From assembly GCA_045568075.1 (NCBI GenBank), contig JBJLBP010000001.1, positions 180,001-212,000 on the forward strand: a DNA stretch of 32,000 bases, written 5' to 3'. The stretch's first letter is position 1; each line of letters starts with the position of its first letter. Origin of the DNA: Candidatus Thalassarchaeaceae archaeon (GTDB lineage: Archaea > Thermoplasmatota > Poseidoniia > Poseidoniales > Thalassarchaeaceae). Below the pieces are notes generated by a model, which was not told where the DNA came from, did not search any database, and saw only the letters and a program-made list of their open reading frames with translations. A program made the position numbers and the translations under genes. Positions 7,845-13,740 of this stretch are shown piece by piece.

Positions 7845-9557
7845 ATGGAAGCACTAGACAAACAATTTGGAATAACTGATGCTGGTAGCACGGTTGAAGC
7901 TGAAATACGCGCAGGAATTACAACATTCCTTACGATGGCGTATATATTGTTGGTAAACCCTTCAATGTTGGCTGGAACAGGTATTGGATTTGACAATGCC
8001 TTGTTCGCAACTGCTATTGCGGCATTTGTTGGGTGCACAGTGATGGGACTGTGGGCGAATTTACCATTCGCGTTAGCACCCGGCATGGGACTGAACGCCT
8101 ACTTCACATTCGCTGTGGTAGGAGCTATGGGGGTCGCTTGGGAAGTGGCTCTTGCAGCAGTATTCGTTGAAGGAATTATCTTCATGATAATCTCGCTTCC
8201 TCAAATAGGCTGGAGAACTGAGATGATTAACTCAATTCCTACTGATTTGAAGATCGCAACGGGCGCGGGAATTGGTATGTTCTTGGCATTAATCGGCCTC
8301 GAAGAGACAGGTATTGTCGTCAACAACGGCGTTACTCTAGTCGATCTCGGTGCACACGCAAGTTGGACGCACCAATCGGGCGAACTTCTCGCTCTCGTGG
8401 GTCTAATCGCAATGGCGGGAATGATGGCCAGAGGAATGAATGGAGCAATAATTTACGGAATTGCTGGAATGTCAATTGTAGCATGGGCCATGGGCTCCAT
8501 GGACATGCCAGTATCTGATCCTTACAACGCGCTCGGTAATGCCGATATGGTAGTTGTCTATAGCAACGATGTCATCACATCAACTCCTCACTGGGGTTGT
8601 GAATGGTGGAATGGTCCAGATGCAACTTCTGGAGTATTGACTACATGGGCTGACGGAACGGAAGTATGTCTCTATGCAGCCACAGATGTATCTGTGATAG
8701 TGAATGCTGCCGCAGGTTGGGGCTCAGACACCGTCGCAGCACCTGCTCTTGGTGACATTCTTACAACGGACGCATTGACCGCAACAGGCGCAGTGGGCGC
8801 CGCAATTTCGGACGGATTTGGCGCGATTGGTTCTGGCGAAGGTCAGACTTCAATTGGAGACTTCATTCTCATAATGATTGCATTCATGTTCGTCGATATA
8901 TTTGACACCGCAGGCACACTCTACTCTGTTGGACGAGCTGCAGGATACGTCGATGAAAACGACGAATTGCAAAACTCCGATGAAGCATTCATGTCCGATG
9001 CAGCAGCAACAATCGTTGGTGCTTTAGTGGGCACAAGCACAACAACCACTTACATCGAATCCGCAGCAGGAGTCGAAGAAGGCGGTAAGACTGGATTAAC
9101 AGCAGTCACTGTTGGTGTTCTAATGCTATCAGGATTATTCTTGTCTGGATTATTCCAGGCAATTCCACAGTTCGCAATGGCAACAGCTCTGGTTGTTGTT
9201 GGCGCTTTGATGATGAAGCAGGTTGCTGACATCGATTGGGGTAACTCAGAAATCGCTGTTCCGGCATTCCTGACCATGGTCTTGATGCCGTTCACCTTCT
9301 CGATTGCAGATGGTATCGCGTGGGGTGTCATATCCTATGTCGCGATCCAGATGATTGTCGGTAAGGCAAAGGACGTCAACGTCGTAATGTGGGCACTCTG
9401 TTCGCATCTGATGTCGATGTTCTACCTCGGCCCTGGTGAACGAGACCACCTTCGAGTGCATTCGTCGACGCGATTGGCCTCTGATCAACTAGAGCTGAAT
9501 TATACGCAACAAACACTCCTTGGAGAATGTCACAATCATTTGAGTAGGCGCCGTTGA
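7845..9557 (+). CDS. adenine/guanine/hypoxanthine permease (NCS2, AzgA/PurP-like) with an extra loop insertion
   Basis: The N-terminus FGITDAGSTVEAEIRAGITTFLTMAYILLVNPSML...LAPGMGLNAYFTF, followed later by FVDIFDTAGTL, is the AzgA-family signature. AGGTGA lies 5 nt upstream of the ATG. At 570 aa it is clearly longer than the roughly 430-460 aa I expect. Confidence 0.8.
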   Translation: MEALDKQFGITDAGSTVEAEIRAGITTFLTMAYILLVNPSMLAGTGIGFDNALFATAIAAFVGCTVMGLWANLPFALAPGMGLNAYFTFAVVGAMGVAWEVALAAVFVEGIIFMIISLPQIGWRTEMINSIPTDLKIATGAGIGMFLALIGLEETGIVVNNGVTLVDLGAHASWTHQSGELLALVGLIAMAGMMARGMNGAIIYGIAGMSIVAWAMGSMDMPVSDPYNALGNADMVVVYSNDVITSTPHWGCEWWNGPDATSGVLTTWADGTEVCLYAATDVSVIVNAAAGWGSDTVAAPALGDILTTDALTATGAVGAAISDGFGAIGSGEGQTSIGDFILIMIAFMFVDIFDTAGTLYSVGRAAGYVDENDELQNSDEAFMSDAAATIVGALVGTSTTTTYIESAAGVEEGGKTGLTAVTVGVLMLSGLFLSGLFQAIPQFAMATALVVVGALMMKQVADIDWGNSEIAVPAFLTMVLMPFTFSIADGIAWGVISYVAIQMIVGKAKDVNVVMWALCSHLMSMFYLGPGERDHLRVHSSTRLASDQLELNYTQQTLLGECHNHLSRRR

Positions 9558-9569
9558 GGAGCGAATAGC

Positions 9570-10112
9570 ATGCCTGAAGATATTACGCAAAAGTTGAGAG
9601 ATACCGTTCGGACAGTACCGGACTTCCCTATTGAAGGGATTATGTTCCGGGACATCACACCTGTCTTGTCCGACGGTTCTCTCCTCTCTGCTACCACCGA
9701 TCTATTCATCGAGAGAATGAACGAAGCCGGATGGAAGCCGGACGCAATTATTGGGCCAGAAGCTCGCGGTTTTATCTTCGGAGCGTTATTGGCGGCGGAA
9801 CTCGGAATCTCATTTGTCCCCATTCGTAAACCTGGAAAATTACCAGCCTCGAAAATGAGAGTGGAATATTCACTTGAGTATGGAACAAACTCTCTTGAAA
9901 TGCATGAAGACGCCTTGAAGCCCGGGGAAAAAGCGGTCATCGTGGATGACTTACTAGCAACAGGAGGAACGGTCAACGCTTGCGCGGAACTTTGCCGGCA
10001 AGCAGATGCAGAGATCGTAGGAGCTCTTTTCTTGATCGAGTTAGATGGTTTAGATGGGAGGGGGGCAATATCACCAATCCCAAGCATTTCACTATTGGAA
10101 TTCCCCGCTTAA
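9570..10112 (+). CDS. apt: adenine phosphoribosyltransferase
   Basis: IIGPEARGFIFGALLAAELGISFVPIRKPGKLP...YSLEYG...VIVDDLLATGGT carries the PRPP-binding motif. The protein is 180 aa. GAGGAG lies upstream of the ATG, and the gene sits directly downstream of the purine permease. Confidence 0.9.
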   Translation: MPEDITQKLRDTVRTVPDFPIEGIMFRDITPVLSDGSLLSATTDLFIERMNEAGWKPDAIIGPEARGFIFGALLAAELGISFVPIRKPGKLPASKMRVEYSLEYGTNSLEMHEDALKPGEKAVIVDDLLATGGTVNACAELCRQADAEIVGALFLIELDGLDGRGAISPIPSISLLEFPA

Positions 10113-10172
10113 CCAAGCATCAACGCCCCGATTCTTTCATAGCATCACCGGCTTTGCCATAGGACGATTGCG

Positions 10173-10712
10173 ATGGCCGAGAACCCGCCTCCACCCCCTC
10201 CTCCTCCAAAGAAAGGCGGCGCACCACCCCCGCCACCAGCCAAGCGCAAGGCACCACCACCTCCACAGAAGAGACGGGCACCACCTCCACCAGGAAAGAG
10301 GCGGGCAGCACCTCCCGCAGGTAAGCGCCCAGCTCAACCAGGTAAGAAGCGGCCCTCAGGCCCACCGAAGAAAGGCGCGCCAAAGGGCCCACCAAAGGGC
10401 CCACCTAAGGGCAAGCCGAAGGGTGCACCTGGTGGTAAGAAGAAGCGCAAGCGCCGACTCCGAATCAAACTTGGACTACGAGAGGCAGAGATATCTGATG
10501 CCGACGATCGATACAAAGACGAGTTGGGTTGGACCGTTCATGGAACTATTCTCGAAGAGATGGAAGAGAGTGGCCCGAAAGAACCTGAAATTGTCACTCA
10601 CCAATGTTCGATGTGCGGCTCAATGATGCAAATCCCTCGCCCTAAGCGAGACCGCTACAAGGTCGAGTGTGCATACCCTGAATGTGGGCACTCTGACATG
10701 ATTGGTCTTTGA
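10173..10712 (+). CDS. polyproline/lysine-rich low-complexity protein with a C-terminal C4 zinc ribbon
   Basis: The N-terminal ~95 aa contain almost only P, K, R, A and G (PPPPPPPPKKGGAPPPPPAKRKAPPPPQKRRAPPPPGKRR...KKKRKRR). An acidic linker follows, then CSMCGSMMQIPRPKRDRYKVECAYPECGH. I chose this frame because it alone continues into a non-repetitive zinc-ribbon domain and matches the strand of the neighbouring genes. Confidence 0.5.
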   Translation: MAENPPPPPPPPKKGGAPPPPPAKRKAPPPPQKRRAPPPPGKRRAAPPAGKRPAQPGKKRPSGPPKKGAPKGPPKGPPKGKPKGAPGGKKKRKRRLRIKLGLREAEISDADDRYKDELGWTVHGTILEEMEESGPKEPEIVTHQCSMCGSMMQIPRPKRDRYKVECAYPECGHSDMIGL

Positions 10713-10724
10713 GTTTCGACTCTA

Positions 10725-11516
10725 TCAGATACCGGATACTTCGATCAATCGCCGTCCGGCTGCGAGAAGCAGCACGACAACCAAAACCAACCGAACGGTT
10801 CGCTGATCAGCGATTTCCGCACCGAATCGAGAACCGACGAAGCCACCAATCAGGACTGCGCCAGCAAAGGGCGCAAGGGTAGTCGACTCAACCATCCATT
10901 GACCAGATAGTGAAGATCCGAGTAGGCCCGCCGCCGAATTCACCCAGATGAATAGGGCGGCGGTCGCAGCGGCAGTCTTCGGCGCCGCCCAACGCTTGAG
11001 CATAATCAGTGGAGAGAGGAATATTCCCCCACCGACACCCACCACACCACTTACCAAACCGATACCAGCTCCAAACGGCATAGCTTGAGCGAGTGAAGGG
11101 TCTGTAGAAAGCGAACCATCGATGTCCTGTCCGATGCCTAGTAAGCGAACAGAAGCCCATACTAATGTTAGCGAGAGAAGGGTGTCGTAAACGGCCCCGT
11201 CGACATGAAGGTAGCCACCTAGAAGCGCCAACGGGACGCTTGCGACAACGAATATTGCAGTTAGCCGAGGAACGTGGTGCCCTGCTCGTTGATAGTGGTA
11301 AAATGCGATAGCAGCAACGATGAGATTCAAGCACCAAGCGTGTTGCTTCAACCAAGCACCCTCCATCGTTGCGAAGGAAGTGAGTGATAGCACGGCAAGA
11401 TACCCAGACGCCCCACCATGCCCAACAGAAGAGTAGAGTGTGGCGACAACCAGCAGAGCGAGTGAAATCGCGACCTCCTCAGTTCCGAGCACGGACGGAG
11501 GAGATGGGGAGAACAC
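10725..11516 (-). CDS. TauE/SafE (TSUP, DUF81) family anion/sulfite exporter-like membrane protein
   Basis: It is a polytopic membrane protein with the two family glycine motifs SVGHGGASGYLAVL and GVVGVGGGIFLSPLIML. It is 263 aa. Confidence 0.7.
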   Translation of the reverse strand: MFSPSPPSVLGTEEVAISLALLVVATLYSSVGHGGASGYLAVLSLTSFATMEGAWLKQHAWCLNLIVAAIAFYHYQRAGHHVPRLTAIFVVASVPLALLGGYLHVDGAVYDTLLSLTLVWASVRLLGIGQDIDGSLSTDPSLAQAMPFGAGIGLVSGVVGVGGGIFLSPLIMLKRWAAPKTAAATAALFIWVNSAAGLLGSSLSGQWMVESTTLAPFAGAVLIGGFVGSRFGAEIADQRTVRLVLVVVLLLAAGRRLIEVSGI

Positions 11517-12748
11517 TTCAACGAGGCGGTGTCTGCCGGTTCGTGGAGCGGGGGGTTTCGTTGGAGCGGGCCATTGAATTGGCCTGTGAAGTGCCGATGA
11601 TTCGTCGCACAGAAATAGTAAGTTTAGACGAGGCTAGAGGGCGAGTTCTTGCCGCGGGCCTCGCCTCGAAAGTCGACGATCCTCGCTTCGACAATTCAGC
11701 AATGGATGGATTCGCGGTGCGGGCTGAGGACTGCACGAGCTCAGGCACGAAACTCGAGATCGTTGGAACTTCTCAAGCTGGCTCAATGGACCTTCCAGTG
11801 GTTCGAAAGGGGCAGGGCTGCCGAATCATGACAGGCGCGCCCATTCCCGAGGGTGCCGATGCAATAGTAATGGTAGAAGATACAGAAATTGAAGGCGAAC
11901 ACGTCATCATTAACGGGCCGGTAAGGCCAGGATACATTCGCCGTCGTGCAGAGAATCTTTCAATCGGCCAAGAGGCCTTACCAGAAGGAACTCAATTATC
12001 GTCAGCGAGCCTAGCACTCGCAGGAACAATGGGCCACGGAGTATTGGAAGTAATCGAAAAACCGAGAATTGCAATTCTTTCAACCGGGGATGAATTAATT
12101 TCACCAGGGGGCGAGCTCAAATCCGGCCAAATATACGAATCCAACTCACATGCTCTTGCCTCTCTTGTTGAAGCAATGGGCTGCCAAGCGATTCGTCTAG
12201 AATCAGCGAATGATTCCATGGATGAGTTGAGGCAAACTCTGGATTCACTAACCGATTACGATGCCATCCTAACTAGTGGAGGAGTAAGTATGGGTGAATG
12301 GGACCTTGTTCGCAAGATCATGGAGGAGGAAGGAGAAATTTCCTTCTGGAGAATGAAGTTGAGGCCAGGGGGCCCACCTCTCTTTGGAACTTGGAAGAAT
12401 ACCCCCTTATTCGGCCTACCAGGAAACCCAGTCAGCAGTCTAGTAGTATTCCATGTCCTAGTTGCACCATGGATAGCCAAGTTACTCGGGTATCACGAGG
12501 AAATGGGTCCCAGAATAAGTCAACAAGTATCTGTTAGGTTGGCAGATGATGTATCGGGCGCACCGGGCAAACTTTGCCTAAGGAGAATTAGGATAACATC
12601 AGAGAACGGCGAACTAATCGCGACTACCCACACGCATCAGGGCAGTGGTAATATCCACAGCATGGTCGCTCATAACGGTCTGACATTACTTCCACCTGAT
12701 ACCAATGGAAAAGCCGGAGACATAATCCACGCACTTTGGTGCCGGTAA
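11504..12748 (+). CDS. moeA: molybdopterin molybdenumtransferase MoeA
   Basis: SLDEARGRVLA...DDPRFDNSAMDGFAVRAED...RIMTGAPIPEGADAIVMVE...LSTGDEL...ILTSGGVSMGEWD...GLPGNPVS are all MoeA hallmarks. The start is uncertain (ATG 11504 or GTG 11543). The 11384 ORF start would overlap the divergent TauE gene by 133 nt. Confidence 0.8.
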   Translation: MGRTLQRGGVCRFVERGVSLERAIELACEVPMIRRTEIVSLDEARGRVLAAGLASKVDDPRFDNSAMDGFAVRAEDCTSSGTKLEIVGTSQAGSMDLPVVRKGQGCRIMTGAPIPEGADAIVMVEDTEIEGEHVIINGPVRPGYIRRRAENLSIGQEALPEGTQLSSASLALAGTMGHGVLEVIEKPRIAILSTGDELISPGGELKSGQIYESNSHALASLVEAMGCQAIRLESANDSMDELRQTLDSLTDYDAILTSGGVSMGEWDLVRKIMEEEGEISFWRMKLRPGGPPLFGTWKNTPLFGLPGNPVSSLVVFHVLVAPWIAKLLGYHEEMGPRISQQVSVRLADDVSGAPGKLCLRRIRITSENGELIATTHTHQGSGNIHSMVAHNGLTLLPPDTNGKAGDIIHALWCR

Positions 12749-12781
12749 AAACTCCATTACCCCCTCCACCATTCGCATCGT

Positions 12782-13399
12782 ATGAGTTCGGATGTCCAAT
12801 GCCCCGCTGGTTGCGGCCCCATGGAATACAAGACAACTAGAAATCTGAAAATTAGGGCCTTCAATCCACTCGGCACCGTCTTTTATTTGGCAGGATTGAT
12901 CCTAATTGCCAACTCAATTGAAATCGGAAGCGACGAAACTAATCCTGGAGTCATTATTGGTGCGCTACTATTCATTCCGGGCGTGTATCTCTCATCATTG
13001 GTAACCACTGATCTGCGGTGCAACACCTGTGCTGGAGTTATTCTAGAGTCCAAGTCCATAGATCAAAAACTCAAGGGAGATGCTTTCGGTTTAGCGTTGA
13101 ACAAGGCCAAATATGTCAGAGAAGCACTATCTGCTTCAACACAGGAAGGCGAGCACGATTGTCCAGATTGTGGAAAGAAAATGAGCCATATCAGTGTCCC
13201 ATTAGAAGGAGAAGCCAGACATCAGTCAAGCCATCTTGTTCCAGATACCGTTGAAAACATCCAGAAACTGACAACCGGGTCCTACAGAACTATTGATCTA
13301 GACGGTTGTAAGGAGTGTGATCTGTTATGGTTCAACAAAGCCAAGAAAGAAGAGGTGCTCTCTAGGGACGACACAATAATTTCAAAGTACTCAGATTAA
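12782..13399 (+). CDS. membrane protein with a split CxxC...CxxC ribbon and a C-terminal TFIIB-type (PF13453-like) zinc ribbon
   Basis: CPAGC is followed by two hydrophobic helices (GTVFYLAGLILIANSI, VIIGALLFIPGVYLSSLV) and then CNTCAG. Later, CPDCGKKMSHISV...IDLDGCKECDLLWFNKAKKEEV resembles the CPxC...ID.C..C.G.WFD zinc-ribbon pattern. Confidence 0.5.
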   Translation: MSSDVQCPAGCGPMEYKTTRNLKIRAFNPLGTVFYLAGLILIANSIEIGSDETNPGVIIGALLFIPGVYLSSLVTTDLRCNTCAGVILESKSIDQKLKGDAFGLALNKAKYVREALSASTQEGEHDCPDCGKKMSHISVPLEGEARHQSSHLVPDTVENIQKLTTGSYRTIDLDGCKECDLLWFNKAKKEEVLSRDDTIISKYSD

Positions 13400-13482
13400 T
13401 ATAGAGAATATCTCGCTTTCCAGCATTTTTCATATTCAAATTACAAACAGCACATCATATACTAACCATCCAAGCGACGGAT

Positions 13483-13653
13483 ATGAACAACTTCGAAATC
13501 CTAGTAGGAATACTTGCCTCGAGCTCACTTCTATTGTCTGCTGTTTTACTAAACAAGCAATTGTCTCGCTCCAAGAAATCTAAGTCACGAGATCCATGGG
13601 GTAATGGGAGCAAAAGCGCCCAAATCTCAGACTATTTTTACATAGATCAGTGA
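13483..13653 (+). CDS. possible 56-codon single-TM micro-protein (very tentative)
   Basis: Hand translation gives MNNFEILVGILASSSLLLSAVLLNKQLSRSKKSKSRDPWGNGSKSAQISDYFYIDQ, a hydrophobic helix followed by a basic tail. It lies in the AT-rich 340-nt gap upstream of uvrA. It is below the ORF-track cutoff and has no further support. Confidence 0.15.
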   Translation: MNNFEILVGILASSSLLLSAVLLNKQLSRSKKSKSRDPWGNGSKSAQISDYFYIDQ

Positions 13654-13726
13654 GTAATATTCCTCATACAAACAACAATCCCAATACATGACTTCAAGGA
13701 CAATCTCTCTCACCGTAATGTACCGT

Positions 13727-13733
13727 AGGAGGG
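13727..13733 (+). promoter_or_regulatory. Shine-Dalgarno-like AGGAGGG upstream of the TTG start of uvrA
   Basis: An in-frame stop at 13726-13728 leaves TTG 13741 as the only plausible uvrA start. AGGAGGG ends 7 nt upstream of it. Confidence 0.35.
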
Positions 13734-13740
13734 TGAAGCC

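Noticed and set aside
10054-10626. Long alternative-frame and antisense ORFs (10054-10626 +, 10120-10404 -, 10137-10337 -, 10334-10516 -) over the proline-rich gene
   Set aside because: These are an artefact of the low-complexity CCN/AAG repeat, which keeps several frames open. Only the 10173-10712 frame continues into a non-repetitive zinc-ribbon domain. The frame choice is still the weakest point of that call.
11384-11503. The upstream extension of moeA, and the apparent 5'-5' overlap of moeA with the TauE gene
   Set aside because: The extension lies antisense to the TauE coding sequence and has no MoeA counterpart. Even ATG 11504 overlaps TauE (start 11516) by 13 nt, and GTG 11543 would remove the overlap. 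This is start-codon ambiguity rather than biology I can support.
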